From an uncultured Acidobacteriota bacterium (GTDB lineage: Bacteria > Acidobacteriota > UBA6911), in contig CAWHCF010000052.1 in assembly GCA_963827655.1 (NCBI GenBank), forward strand, positions 96,001 through 160,000: a stretch of DNA of 64,000 nt. Reading direction: 5' to 3'. Position numbers and translations under genes: made by a program. Of this stretch, positions 1 through 10,069 are shown one piece after another (the first letter of the stretch is position 1; every line of letters starts with the position of its first letter). Below the pieces are notes generated by a model. It was given only the letters and a program-made list of their open reading frames with translations, did not search any database and was not told the DNA's origin.

Positions 1-511
1 CGCCGAAATGAACACGCATCTGATCTGCAGCTCAATCCTGGTGGGAGTGCTCAGGCCGATTCTCACGGAGCGAGTCACGCTCGTGAACGCGGTGGAGACC
101 GCAAGGGAGCGCGGCATAAGTTTCGTCGAGTCCACCAGCACCAGGCAGCGGAGTTACAGCAATCTCATCTCGGTCAAACTGATTACCAACCGCGGCGAAG
201 AATGGGTGGAAGGGACGGTGCTGCATCAGAATCACCTTCACCTGGTCTCTCTTTACGGCATCGATGTCGATGCGCCGCTTCGGGGAGACATGCTCATCAT
301 TCGCAATGCCGACACGCCGGGTGTTATCGGGCGGGTTGGGACTATCCTGGGAGATCAGCAGATCAACATCGCGAATTTCGCGCTCGGGCGCAGCGAGACT
401 TCGCCTCAAGCCGTGGGCGTGGTCAACGTCGATTCCGAGATCAGCGCCCAGGTGTTGCAGGCGATACGCGCCTTGCCGCAGGTGCTGCTAGCCCAGGTCG
501 TCCGGGTCTAG
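1..511 (+). CDS. serA: D-3-phosphoglycerate dehydrogenase, C-terminal ASB+ACT region (5' end outside window)
   Basis: VTLVNA..ARERGI (ASB domain) and NADTPGVIGRVGTILGDQQINIANFALGR (SerA-type ACT domain). Confidence 0.88.
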   Translation, partial: AEMNTHLICSSILVGVLRPILTERVTLVNAVETARERGISFVESTSTRQRSYSNLISVKLITNRGEEWVEGTVLHQNHLHLVSLYGIDVDAPLRGDMLIIRNADTPGVIGRVGTILGDQQINIANFALGRSETSPQAVGVVNVDSEISAQVLQAIRALPQVLLAQVVRV

Positions 512-560
512 ACCTTACACACCACCAAGACGCCAGGGCGCCCAAGGATTTTCATTCCCC

Positions 561-616
561 TTGCGAAAATTGACACTGGTTGTATAATTAGTCGCCTCTT
601 TGCATATTTATTTCGA
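561..616 (+). promoter_or_regulatory. Putative sigma70 promoter overlapped by two tandem ARG-box-like operators
   Basis: TTGCGA(561)-N16-TATAAT(583); 18-mers GTTGTATAATTAGTCGCC (579-596) and TTTGCATATTTATTTCGA (599-616), 2 bp apart, resemble the ArgR box and lie directly before argR. Confidence 0.6.
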
Positions 617-1062
617 TGGGCGGGATTTCGAAGAAGACGCGACAAAGCAGGATCCGGGAAGCGGTGGGAAGATCCCAGGTTCGCAGCCAGCGAAGTCTAT
701 CGGGGATCCTCGAGCGGGACGGGATTCACGTAACCCAGTCGACCCTGTCGCGCGACATCCTGGCGCTCGGGTTGGTCAAGGTCCGGGGAGTCTATCGTGT
801 GCCCGAAGAAGCTCAGAGTTCTCCTCCGACAGATCTCCGGCGCTCGCTCCGGCAGCTCGTCGTTGATAGCGGAGTTTCCGGCAACATTCTTATTATGAAA
901 ACAGCTCCCGGCGACGGCCACGCTCTGGGCGTGGTTCTGGATGCGGCGGGCTGGCCGGAAATTCTTGGAACGGTCGCGGGGGATGATACCGTCTTTGCCT
1001 TGCTCCGTAGTTCGCGGATCGGCAAACAGGTGCTTCGCCGGATCGAGGGCCTCAGATTATGA
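616..1062 (+). CDS. argR: Arginine repressor
   Basis: VTQSTLSRDI winged helix and ILGTVAGDDTVF arginine-binding motif; first gene of the arg operon. Confidence 0.95.
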   Translation: MGGISKKTRQSRIREAVGRSQVRSQRSLSGILERDGIHVTQSTLSRDILALGLVKVRGVYRVPEEAQSSPPTDLRRSLRQLVVDSGVSGNILIMKTAPGDGHALGVVLDAAGWPEILGTVAGDDTVFALLRSSRIGKQVLRRIEGLRL

Positions 1063-2111
1063 AGATCCCAGTGGCAGTGGTCGGCGTGACAGGCTACTCA
1101 GGCTTGGAGCTGATGAAGATTGTTCTGAGGCATCCGGCGATGGATTGCGTCGCCGTGATGGCTTCGGAGTCAACCGGCGAGAGGCCGCTGGGCGAGATTC
1201 ATCCGCAGTTGCGAGGAGCTTCTTCGTTAACCTGCGTCCCTCAGGATCCCGAACGGCTGGCTTCACTGAGGGTAGACACGGTCTTTTTATGCACTCCGAA
1301 TGAAGTCTCCTACGTTCTTGCCCCCAAGCTGCTGATCCACGGCATCCGGGTCATCGACCTCAGCGGATCGTTTCGCCTGAAGGACAGCGCCAGCTATTCG
1401 TCATGGTACGGTTTCAGCCATGATGAGCCCCAGTTGCTGCGCCAGGCCGTCTATGGTCTGCCGGAGTGGAACGGCCGCGCGCTCGCGCACGCAACCCTGG
1501 TAGCCAATCCCGGATGCTATCCTACTTCGGTATTGCTTCCTCTCCTTCCCCTGGTGAAATCGGGAATGTTGGAACCAGGATCGGATATCATCTGTGATTC
1601 GAAATCCGGAGTCACGGGCGCCGGCCGTAGTGCGAGGCTCGATTTGTTGTTTGGCGAAGTGTCGGAGAATTTCCGGCCCTATAGCCCGATCACCCATCGC
1701 CACGCGCCGGAGATCTGCCAGGAGCTCGGCTGGGACCGGACAAGTTTTCTTTTCGTGCCGCACCTTCTTCCCGTCAACCGGGGTATTCTCTCGACGATCT
1801 ACGTCACCTTCCAGCACAGGGTAAGCGCGGAGGAGATCGAGAGTGAATTCAAGCGACGCTACAGCCCTCATCCCTTCATCCGAACGCTCGGAACCGGACG
1901 ACTTCCGGAGTTGCGCGCCGTGGCTCACACAAACTTCTGCGACGTTGCGTGGTACCTGACTTCGGGCGGCCGGCGCGGACTCTTCTTTTCGGCTATCGAT
2001 AACCTGATCAAGGGAGCCGCAGGACAGGCGGTACAGAACTTCAACCTGATGCATGGTCTGGATGAAAGCGTCGGACTGCTGGAGAGGGAGCCCGTTGCGG
2101 TTCACGATTAA
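1059..2111 (+). CDS. argC: N-acetyl-gamma-glutamyl-phosphate reductase
   Basis: GVTGYSG Rossmann motif, VANPGCYPT active site, SGVTGAGR, DNLIKGAAGQAVQN. Confidence 0.97.
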   Translation: MKIPVAVVGVTGYSGLELMKIVLRHPAMDCVAVMASESTGERPLGEIHPQLRGASSLTCVPQDPERLASLRVDTVFLCTPNEVSYVLAPKLLIHGIRVIDLSGSFRLKDSASYSSWYGFSHDEPQLLRQAVYGLPEWNGRALAHATLVANPGCYPTSVLLPLLPLVKSGMLEPGSDIICDSKSGVTGAGRSARLDLLFGEVSENFRPYSPITHRHAPEICQELGWDRTSFLFVPHLLPVNRGILSTIYVTFQHRVSAEEIESEFKRRYSPHPFIRTLGTGRLPELRAVAHTNFCDVAWYLTSGGRRGLFFSAIDNLIKGAAGQAVQNFNLMHGLDESVGLLEREPVAVHD

Positions 2112-2919
2112 GCTGGGCGGGAGTGTTTTGGAGGACCCCCGCACGCGTCTCAACATCCTGGGTCAGGTATCCAGGATCTGGGGAGAAGGACATGAAATCG
2201 TTCTGGTCCACGGGGGAGGCAAGAGTCTGAGCCGGCGTCTCGATCAGCTAGGCATAGCCTCACGCTTCGTGGACGGTTTGCGGGTCACCGACGCCGAGAC
2301 TCTTCGAGTCGCCGTGATGGTTCTCGCGGGAGAAGTCAACAAGACAATCGTCGCGGAGCTGGCCGGTCTTGGAACCCGGGCGGTGGGATTCTGCGGCGCA
2401 GATGCCGGAGCCGTGTCATGCGTGCCGGCTGAGGAACCCCCGGGCGGGAATGAAAAGCTGGGTTACGTAGGCCGGCCTGTGGCGATAAATCGAAGCTTCT
2501 TCGATTTGCTGCTGGGACAGAAGCTGGTTCCAGTGGTTTCGAGTCTCGCCCTGGGCGAGGACTTCCGCTTGTATAACGTCAATGCGGACCAGATGGCATC
2601 GGTTTGCGCCTGGAGCACCCATTCGCAGGCGCTGGTTTTTCTCACCGATGTCCCTGGTGTTCGGAGCGGTAGTGGTGAGGTACTGAAAGAAATCGGACGT
2701 AAAGATATCGAAAGACTTCGAGGCCAGGGCGTGATCGCGGGAGGCATGCTGCCCAAAACACGCTCGTGCCTGGAAGCGATCGATCGAGGCGTGCCAGCCG
2801 TGTACATTGTCCCCGGCGCCGGCCACGAGGTGCTGAGGGATCTCGTGGACGGAAACTTGACGGAGGGAACATTCATTCATGGAAACGACAGAGATTCGGG
2901 ACACTTACTTGCGGATTGA
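2095..2919 (+). CDS. argB: Acetylglutamate kinase
   Basis: IKLGGS, VHGGG, GLRVTD, NVNAD, LTDVPGV, GGMLPK; TTG start at 2095 after GAGGGAG. Confidence 0.95.
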   Translation: MRFTIKLGGSVLEDPRTRLNILGQVSRIWGEGHEIVLVHGGGKSLSRRLDQLGIASRFVDGLRVTDAETLRVAVMVLAGEVNKTIVAELAGLGTRAVGFCGADAGAVSCVPAEEPPGGNEKLGYVGRPVAINRSFFDLLLGQKLVPVVSSLALGEDFRLYNVNADQMASVCAWSTHSQALVFLTDVPGVRSGSGEVLKEIGRKDIERLRGQGVIAGGMLPKTRSCLEAIDRGVPAVYIVPGAGHEVLRDLVDGNLTEGTFIHGNDRDSGHLLAD

Positions 2920-4138
2920 GCCTGCTGAAATTCAGGTCCTCGAGGAAAAGTATCTATTTCCCACCTACAAGCGATACGACCTGTCTGTGTCGCATGGCTC
3001 GGGGGCCTACGTTTACGACCTGGAAGGGAACCGGTACCTGGACTTCCTGGCCGGGATCGCGGTCAATTCGCTGGGCTACAACCACCCCAGACTGGTCCGG
3101 GTTCTGCTGGAACAGGGGCAGCGCATGATTCATTGCTCCAATCTTTTCTATCACCCGTACCAGGGTCAGCTCGCGAAGCGCCTGGCCGAAGTCTCAGGAA
3201 TGTCCCGGGTATTCTTCACCAACAGCGGTACCGAGGCAATCGAAGCGGCGCTAAAAATCGCGCGGGCGTATTCGCGCAGCCAGGGAAATGACGCGAAGGC
3301 GGTAATTCTCAGCCTCAAGAATTCGTTCCACGGCAGGACGCTTGGAGCCTTGAGCATTACCGCACAGGAGAAGTACCAGGCTCCTTTCCGCCCCCTGGTT
3401 CCAGACGTCGAAGTCGTTGAAGATTTTACGGTCCCAGCGCTGCGCCGGGCCTTCTCGGACCACACCTGCGCGCTGGTACTGGAGCCCGTCCAGGGCGAAG
3501 CCGGCGTGGTCCCGCTGCCGAAAGACTTTCTTCAGGCTGCCCGGGATCTTTGCGACCAGTTCAATGCCTTGTTGATCATGGACGAGATCCAGTGCGGGTT
3601 GGGGAGGACGGGAACCTACTTCGCCTTCCAGCACTATGGAATTCAGCCTGACCTCCTCACGCTGGCCAAGTCGCTGGCGGGAGGGTATCCGCTCGGAGCG
3701 GTACTGGGGAATGCCCGCGTCGCAGAGAGTCTGAAGCCGGGCGAGCATGGGACCACTTTCGGCGGCGGTCCGCTCGCGTGCCGGCTTGCGCTCGAGGTCC
3801 TGGACATCATCGAAGATGAGAATCTGCTTCAGAAAGTGACTGACACAGGCGCCTACCTGATCGAGGGGCTCAGGAGGCTGGCCGCGCGACACCCGTTGAT
3901 AGGCGAGATCCGGGGGGTGGGGCTCATGGTTGGGGTGGAACTCGGGGACGCAGCCAAGGAAGTGGTTCAACGCCTCCTGAAACGGGGCGTTATAGCCAAT
4001 GCGGCGCACGAAACTGTCCTGCGGCTGCTGCCGCCATTCGTGGTCTCGCGCAAGGAAGTCGACGAATTCCTCCAAACCCTCGATCAGGTCCTGGGCGAGT
4101 TCGGGGAGCCGTCACCGGCGGCGGAGAAGGGAGTTTGA
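2879..4138 (+). CDS. argD: Acetylornithine aminotransferase (class III PLP)
   Basis: NSGTEAIEAALK, FHGRTLG, DEIQCGLGRTG, LAKSLAGG, HGTTFGG; in arg operon. Confidence 0.95.
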   Translation: METTEIRDTYLRIEPAEIQVLEEKYLFPTYKRYDLSVSHGSGAYVYDLEGNRYLDFLAGIAVNSLGYNHPRLVRVLLEQGQRMIHCSNLFYHPYQGQLAKRLAEVSGMSRVFFTNSGTEAIEAALKIARAYSRSQGNDAKAVILSLKNSFHGRTLGALSITAQEKYQAPFRPLVPDVEVVEDFTVPALRRAFSDHTCALVLEPVQGEAGVVPLPKDFLQAARDLCDQFNALLIMDEIQCGLGRTGTYFAFQHYGIQPDLLTLAKSLAGGYPLGAVLGNARVAESLKPGEHGTTFGGGPLACRLALEVLDIIEDENLLQKVTDTGAYLIEGLRRLAARHPLIGEIRGVGLMVGVELGDAAKEVVQRLLKRGVIANAAHETVLRLLPPFVVSRKEVDEFLQTLDQVLGEFGEPSPAAEKGV

Positions 4139-4653
4139 CAGTGTCCAGCGCAAGCTCTGTGGTCGACCTTGCCGGCGTCAGGGTTGCGCCGGTGCAGGTT
4201 AGAAAAGCCCGCGTGTTTGACGTGGAGGCCATGCATCGCCTCATCAATCACTACGCCGGACAGCAACTCATGCTCCCAAAGACGAACCTCCAGCTGTACG
4301 AGAATCTGCGCGATTATCACGTGGCCGTAGAAACTGCCGACGACAACAAGGTCCTGGGCTGCGGCGCCCTGCACATTTACTGGACCAACCTGGCCGAGAT
4401 CCGCGCCCTGGCGGTCTTTCCGGGAACGACCCACAAAGGTGTGGGGACTCTTCTGGTGGACCGGTTAATCGAAGAGGCGCGGACATTCGAGCTCGAGCGG
4501 GTCTTCGTCTTCACTTACGTGCCGGAGTTCTTCGGCCGTTTTGGCTTCGTCCAGGTAGAACACCGATCCTTGCCGCTGAAGGTCTACAACGAGTGTTTTC
4601 ACTGTCCCAAGTTCAATTCCTGCGACGAAGTGGCCATGGTGCTTCAACTATGA
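4135..4653 (+). CDS. argA: Short GNAT N-acetyltransferase, probable N-acetylglutamate synthase
   Basis: LAEIRALAV..HKGVGTLLV GNAT motif; LPLKVYNECFHCPKF..CDE C-terminus typical of short ArgA-like proteins; operon context. Confidence 0.8.
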   Translation: MTVSSASSVVDLAGVRVAPVQVRKARVFDVEAMHRLINHYAGQQLMLPKTNLQLYENLRDYHVAVETADDNKVLGCGALHIYWTNLAEIRALAVFPGTTHKGVGTLLVDRLIEEARTFELERVFVFTYVPEFFGRFGFVQVEHRSLPLKVYNECFHCPKFNSCDEVAMVLQL

Positions 4654-5891
4654 ATCCTGCGCGCCGCCTTTCCCGCTTCGGCGCGGGTTCTGCCTGGACT
4701 CCCATCGAGGGGGGGATTACCTCCGCCCAGGGCTACCTGGCCTGCGGGGTGACCGCAGGATTGAAAAAAGGCGGCCCGGACCTGGCGCTCATTTTCTCCT
4801 CGTTGCCCGCGAACGGTTCGGCGGTCTTTACGCTTAACCAGGTACTCGCGGCGCCCGTCATCGTGAGCCGAAGACACCTGAGACGCTCTCGCGGGAAAGT
4901 CCGCGCCATCATCTTGAATTCCGGTTGTGCCAATGCGTGCACGGGGGAGAAGGGAATCCGCGACGCGATCCAGAGCGCCCAGAGGCTGGCTCTCCGGCTG
5001 CAGGTCAATCCTTATCACGTTCTGGTGGCCAGCACCGGAGTCATCGGCCAACCTCTTCACATGCGGAGGCTCCTCAAAGGGATCTCGCTGGCTGTGCCTG
5101 TTTTGAGCGCCAAGGGAGGCGAGGATGCCGCCCGAGCCATCATGACTACCGACACTCGAGCCAAGACTTACGCCGTGCAAGGGAATATCGCGGGCAAGGC
5201 CGTCCGCATCGGCGGCATGGCCAAGGGGTCCGGAATGATTCATCCCCAGATGGCCACGATGCTATCGGTAATCACCACGGACGCGGGTTTGCCGCGCACC
5301 CTGATGGATTCAATTTTTCGACGCGTGGTCGATCGAACCTTCAATTGCCTTACCGTGGACGGAGACACTTCGACCAATGACATGGTCCTGCTGATGGCGA
5401 ACGGAGCGTCCGAGGCGGAGGTGGACTCGCGCTCCGCCTCGTATTTCGAGGAGGGGCTCGAACGCGTTTGTGAGGCTCTGGCCAAGAGTATCGCGCGGGA
5501 CGGCGAGGGCGCGACCAAGTTTGTTGAAGTCACCGTGCAGAGGGCACCGAGCTTTGCCGATGCCAGGCGGGTGGCCAAGGCTATCGCGCATTCGCCTCTG
5601 GTTAAGGCCGCGCTTTACGGCGAGGAGCTGAACTGGGGAAGAATCCTCTGCGCCGCGGGCTACAGCGGCATTCCTTTCAATCCGGATAAAGTCACGTTGA
5701 AGGTATGCGGGATCCCGGTCTTCCGCAACGGGACTGGAATATCGGCCACTCGAATGCGAGCCGAGCAAGCGCTAAAATCGCGCGACATTCAGATTCTTCT
5801 CGATCTCCAGAAGGGAAACTCGGCGGCCCGGGTCTGGACCTGCGATCTCACTCGCGGTTACATCGACATCAACGCCAGCTACATCACCTAG
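4650..5891 (+). CDS. argJ: Ornithine acetyltransferase / N-acetylglutamate synthase
   Basis: NSGCANACTG, ASTGVIG, KGSGMIHPQMATML autocleavage site, VDGDTSTND, DGEGATK. Confidence 0.97.
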   Translation: MNPARRLSRFGAGSAWTPIEGGITSAQGYLACGVTAGLKKGGPDLALIFSSLPANGSAVFTLNQVLAAPVIVSRRHLRRSRGKVRAIILNSGCANACTGEKGIRDAIQSAQRLALRLQVNPYHVLVASTGVIGQPLHMRRLLKGISLAVPVLSAKGGEDAARAIMTTDTRAKTYAVQGNIAGKAVRIGGMAKGSGMIHPQMATMLSVITTDAGLPRTLMDSIFRRVVDRTFNCLTVDGDTSTNDMVLLMANGASEAEVDSRSASYFEEGLERVCEALAKSIARDGEGATKFVEVTVQRAPSFADARRVAKAIAHSPLVKAALYGEELNWGRILCAAGYSGIPFNPDKVTLKVCGIPVFRNGTGISATRMRAEQALKSRDIQILLDLQKGNSAARVWTCDLTRGYIDINASYIT

Positions 5892-5956
5892 CAACGTCTT
5901 GCTCGGTTTCGCCGCATCAACCACGAAGACGCGATGCAGAGCCTCCAAATAAGCCC

Positions 5957-5984
5957 TTGACAATCTACGGTCCATGTTTAAGAT
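5957..5984 (+). promoter_or_regulatory. Putative sigma70 promoter of the leu leader/leuA
   Basis: TTGACA(5957)-N16-TAAGAT(5979). Confidence 0.55.
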
Positions 5985-6037
5985 AACGTGACCGCGTTAA
6001 GAGGGCGAGAAGCGCCCTTGGGGGGACAAAGTCGACG

Positions 6038-6145
6038 ATGACTCTGCAACAGGAATTCCGGCTTTTTCAGATTGCATTACACCGGTCGTTCCTTCTTCGC
6101 ACCCTCATCCTTACTGGCCCTTTGCTCGGCCCGTCGTCCCTTTAG
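6038..6145 (+). CDS. Leucine-rich leader peptide (attenuator) upstream of leuA
   Basis: 35-aa ORF MTLQQEFRLFQIALHRSFLLRTLILTGPLLGPSSL with 10 Leu (five CTT, one TTA); preceded by GGGGGGA; ends 66 nt before leuA. Confidence 0.65.
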   Translation: MTLQQEFRLFQIALHRSFLLRTLILTGPLLGPSSL

Positions 6146-6211
6146 GACTGCCCGGCAAAGGGATCACAGACAGTCTCAGCCCTGTTCATCAGAAAGGTAA
6201 AGGAGCAAACA

Positions 6212-7765
6212 ATGGACAACCGCGTTTATATCTTCGACACCACCCTGAGAGATGGCGAGCAGTCTCCGGGCGCCAGCATGAACATCGAGGAAAAACTCCT
6301 GTTGGCGCGCCAGCTCGAGAGACTGCGCGTGGACGTCATTGAAGCCGGGTTCCCGATCTCTTCCGACGGCGACTTCGAATCGGTAAAGCGAATAGCCGAG
6401 GAGGTTCGCACCGTGACCATTGCCGGCCTCGCCCGCGCCGGCAAGTTGGATATCGATCGGTGCTGGGAGGCGGTACAGTACGCCGCCAAACCAAGAATCC
6501 ACACTTTCATCGCTACTTCCGACATTCATTTAAAGTACAAGCTCAAGAAAACACGAGAGCAGGTTCTGCAGGATGCCCGGGAGGCTGTCCGGTACGCTCG
6601 AACCCTTTGCCAGGACGTTGAGTTCTCGGCCGAGGATGCCTCCCGCACCGATCTGGATTATCTCTGTTCGGTGCTGGAAGCGGTCATAGACGCAGGAGCA
6701 CGCGTGGTGAACATTCCCGATACGGTGGGCTATGCCATCCCGACGGAGTTTGGCGAGAGAATCAAGTACCTTCGCGCCCGCGTGAAAAACATCGACCGCG
6801 CGATCATGTCCGTGCACTGCCACAACGACCTGGGGCTGGCGGTAGCCAACTCGCTGATCGCTATCCAGAACGGCGCCCGCCAGGTGGAATGCACAATTAA
6901 CGGAATCGGAGAACGGGCAGGGAATGCGTCGCTGGAAGAGATTGTGATGGCGCTCCAGACCCGCCGGGATTTCTTCGGCCTGGATATGGAGGTAAACACT
7001 CAGGAGATCTACCCGGCGAGTCGACTGCTCACGAATCTCACCGGCTTGATGGTTCAATCGAACAAAGCGATCGTGGGCCGCAACGCCTTCGCTCATGAGG
7101 CCGGGATTCACCAGGACGGTGTCATCAAAGAGAAATCGACGTACGAGATCATGCGTCCGGAAGCCGTGGGAATCAAAGAGAGCAAACTGATCATGGGGAA
7201 ACATTCCGGCCGCCATGCGTTGAAATTGAAATACCAGGAACTCGGTTTTGAACTGGGCAACGCCGAACTGGAGAAGGCTTATGTCCTGTTCAAGAAGGTG
7301 GCGGACAAGAAGAAGGAAGTCTATGACGATGATCTGATCGTGATCGTCCGCGATGGGCTCCGGATATTCCCGGAGGCTTACAAGTTGAAGTACATTCAAT
7401 CGAGCGGCGGCAATCAAATCATTGCTACGGCGACCATCGTTCTTGAAAGGGACGGCCAGACCTTCCGCGACTCTGCGATCGGCGACGGGCCGGTCGACGC
7501 GGCGCTCAAGGTGATCGATCGCATCACGGGAATCGAGGGGCGGCTCATGGATTACAACGTCCACAGCGTGACGCGCGGGAAGGACGCGGTGGGCGAGGTA
7601 TTCATGAAGGTCGACTTCGGAAAGGTTTCGTTTATCGGCAAAGCGGCCAGCACTGATGTGGTCGATGCCAGCGCGCGCGCATACCTGAACGCGATAAACA
7701 AGATGGCCCACTACCAGATGGCGGTGGCGGAACACAGGGAAGCGGCCGAGTCGGCCGGAGCGTAA
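6212..7765 (+). CDS. leuA: 2-isopropylmalate synthase
   Basis: [44 protein letters not shown]; C-terminal regulatory domain GDGPVDA. Confidence 0.97.
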   Translation: MDNRVYIFDTTLRDGEQSPGASMNIEEKLLLARQLERLRVDVIEAGFPISSDGDFESVKRIAEEVRTVTIAGLARAGKLDIDRCWEAVQYAAKPRIHTFIATSDIHLKYKLKKTREQVLQDAREAVRYARTLCQDVEFSAEDASRTDLDYLCSVLEAVIDAGARVVNIPDTVGYAIPTEFGERIKYLRARVKNIDRAIMSVHCHNDLGLAVANSLIAIQNGARQVECTINGIGERAGNASLEEIVMALQTRRDFFGLDMEVNTQEIYPASRLLTNLTGLMVQSNKAIVGRNAFAHEAGIHQDGVIKEKSTYEIMRPEAVGIKESKLIMGKHSGRHALKLKYQELGFELGNAELEKAYVLFKKVADKKKEVYDDDLIVIVRDGLRIFPEAYKLKYIQSSGGNQIIATATIVLERDGQTFRDSAIGDGPVDAALKVIDRITGIEGRLMDYNVHSVTRGKDAVGEVFMKVDFGKVSFIGKAASTDVVDASARAYLNAINKMAHYQMAVAEHREAAESAGA

Positions 7766-7808
7766 GGCGCTCTCAGCTTTTGGCGTCTTCTTGGGGGTCC
7801 ATCAAACA

Positions 7809-8909
7809 ATGACTGGTCCGAAATCCATTTGTATCCTGCCTGGGGACGGCATCGGTCCTGAGGTGATCAGACCTGCGGTTGAGCTTCTGCGCCAGGTGGC
7901 ATCACTTGCCGGATTTGAGGTAGACACGCGCGAAGCCGCGATTGGCGGAAACGCGTTGGACCGTTTCGGAACTTCTTTGCCCGACGAGACCCTTCGCCTG
8001 TGCAAGTCGAGTGACGCCATCCTGCTCGGGGCTGTCGGCGGACCTAAATGGGATTCCCATCCCCAGCACCTACGACCGGAAGCGGGCCTTTTGCGACTCC
8101 GAAAAGAGCTTGGCCTTTTTGGGAATCTCCGGCCGATCCGTCAGGCTTCCTCGCTTCTGGCGTGCTCGACTCTAAAGCCTGAAATCATCCGGGACGTTGA
8201 CCTGGTGATGGTCCGTGAACTCACGGGAGGGCTGTATTTCGGAGAGCCTCGGGGAATATCCGGCGAGCCGGGAAAAGAGGTCGGGCGAAACACAATGGTC
8301 TACCAGCGCCACGAGATCGAGCGAGTCGCGCGGAGGGCATTCGAACTGTCCAGAGCGCGTCGAAAGCATGTGACCTCGGTTGACAAGGCCAATGTTCTGG
8401 ACGTCAGCCGCCTGTGGAGACAGGTCGTGGACGAGCTGCACCGGGACTTCAAAGACGTCGCGCTGGATCATCAATACGTGGATAACTGCGCCATGCAGAT
8501 GGTCCTTCGCCCAACCCAGTTCGATGTCATTCTCACGGAGAACACCTTCGGAGACATCCTCAGCGACATCGGTGGCGTACTGACCGGCAGCATCGGGACT
8601 TTGCCGTCGGCGAGCGTCGGCGAGGGTCCGCCACTGTACGAGCCTGTGCACGGTACCGCGCCTGACATCGCCGGGCAAGACCTGGCCAATCCCATCGGCG
8701 CTCTTGGCTGCATCGCCATGATGTTTGAGATCTCGTTCGAACGCCCCGACTGGAGCGCCCGCATCAACGGCGCGATTGACGCGGTTCTGGCGCAGGGATA
8801 CTGCACGCGCGATCTTGCCGTCTCGGGGGGAAAGGTAATCGGCACGCAGGATTTTGCCGGACGCGTTCAGGCCCGGGTCACGGTCGAGGAGAAGGCGGTC
8901 CAGTCTTAA
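7809..8909 (+). CDS. leuB: 3-isopropylmalate dehydrogenase
   Basis: LPGDGIGPEV, RELTGGLYFG, VDKANVL, FGDILSD, EPVHGTAPDIAG. Confidence 0.96.
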   Translation: MTGPKSICILPGDGIGPEVIRPAVELLRQVASLAGFEVDTREAAIGGNALDRFGTSLPDETLRLCKSSDAILLGAVGGPKWDSHPQHLRPEAGLLRLRKELGLFGNLRPIRQASSLLACSTLKPEIIRDVDLVMVRELTGGLYFGEPRGISGEPGKEVGRNTMVYQRHEIERVARRAFELSRARRKHVTSVDKANVLDVSRLWRQVVDELHRDFKDVALDHQYVDNCAMQMVLRPTQFDVILTENTFGDILSDIGGVLTGSIGTLPSASVGEGPPLYEPVHGTAPDIAGQDLANPIGALGCIAMMFEISFERPDWSARINGAIDAVLAQGYCTRDLAVSGGKVIGTQDFAGRVQARVTVEEKAVQS

Positions 8910-9757
8910 TGAAGCGTCCCCGAAGGCTGCATGTCCCGCGAGGCACTACGGTAGCCTTCCAGGGTGAACTGGGAGCGTTCAGCCACGACGCGACTTACAA
9001 GATCTTCGGACGTGGCATAACACCCGTCCCTTGCCACACCTTCGAGGATGTCTTCGACAGCGTCGCGCGCAAGAGGTGCGCTCTCGCCGTCATCCCCATC
9101 GAGAATTCCCTGGCGGGAAGCATTCACCAGAATTTCGACCTGTTGGCCAGGCACTCGTTGGATGCCGTCGGTGAGACTTACGTCCGCATCGAGCACAGCC
9201 TGATCGCTCATCCTGGCAGTCGCCTTGCCCAGATCAAACAGATCTATTCTCACCCCGTCGCCCTGGCTCAGTGCCAGAAGTTCCTCCGCAGGCTCAAGAA
9301 GGCTGAGAAAGTCTCGTTTTATGACACGGCCGGCAGCGTGAAATTTATTCGGGAGCAAGGATCAAAGACTGCGGCCGCCATCGCATCCGAAGGCGCAGCC
9401 CGCATCTACGGCATGAGTGTGCTGCGGCAAGGCATCGAAGATAACCGGGAGAACTATACCCGGTTCCTGGCGCTGGCGCGGCGCGGCAGGTTCAAGCGCG
9501 GCGGGGGAAAGACTACACTCGTCTTTGGTCTGAAAAACGAACCGGGCGCGCTGTTCAAGGCCCTGTCCGTTTTTGCGCTGCGCAATATCGACCTGACCAA
9601 GATTGAGTCTCGCCCGATCCACGGCAACCCATGGGAGTATCTCTTCTACATCGATCTGCACAGCGACATCCGCAGCCGGGAATGCGCCCATGCCCTGAGG
9701 CACCTTCAGGAAATGACGCCTTACTTTCAGATCCTCGGGTCGTATCCCACATTCTGA
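8909..9757 (+). CDS. pheA: Prephenate dehydratase (with ACT domain)
   Basis: AFQGELGAFS, PIENSLAGS, NYTRF, DLTKIESRP, ILGSYP. Confidence 0.95.
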   Translation: MKRPRRLHVPRGTTVAFQGELGAFSHDATYKIFGRGITPVPCHTFEDVFDSVARKRCALAVIPIENSLAGSIHQNFDLLARHSLDAVGETYVRIEHSLIAHPGSRLAQIKQIYSHPVALAQCQKFLRRLKKAEKVSFYDTAGSVKFIREQGSKTAAAIASEGAARIYGMSVLRQGIEDNRENYTRFLALARRGRFKRGGGKTTLVFGLKNEPGALFKALSVFALRNIDLTKIESRPIHGNPWEYLFYIDLHSDIRSRECAHALRHLQEMTPYFQILGSYPTF

Positions 9758-9817
9758 GAGATGTCGAAAACACTCGCCGGATGAATGTTCGCACACCGTC
9801 CCGGTGTCAAACCCACC

Positions 9818-10069
9818 CTCGAGCACGGAGGCGAGCGACCCGCCTGGAACGAAAACCAGTCCCCGCCAGTGGTGGATCTCCCCCTGAGGTACCGCGGCCG
9901 GGCGGCCGCTCGCGTCAGGCGTGCTCAGCGGCTCGATCGGCATCTCGCCCCGAAACGCCCGCGCGCGCATCCCTGGGTCGATGCCCGCAAAGCCGCGCGG
10001 CCCGCTCAGTTCCATTTGGATGCGGTTCTCAGTCAGCCGCACGTAGTTGTCCCAGGCCGCAACGGTCAC
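9818..10069 (-). pseudogene. Truncated N-terminal fragment of a conserved secreted hypothetical protein, probably once fused to the upstream GtrA ORF
   Basis: TVAAWDNYVRLTENRI..EIHHWRGLVFVPG reads like a protein up to ~9818, then the frame runs antisense into pheA; one base out of frame with the GtrA ORF end. Confidence 0.5.

Noticed and set aside
570-588. TTGACA(570)/TATAAT(583) as a promoter pair
   Set aside because: The spacing is only 7 bp; TTGCGA at 561 fits better.
6530-7735. Long antisense ORFs (here and opposite argD, priA, the ligases and the integrase)
   Set aside because: Shadow frames of GC-rich coding genes with no recognisable motifs.
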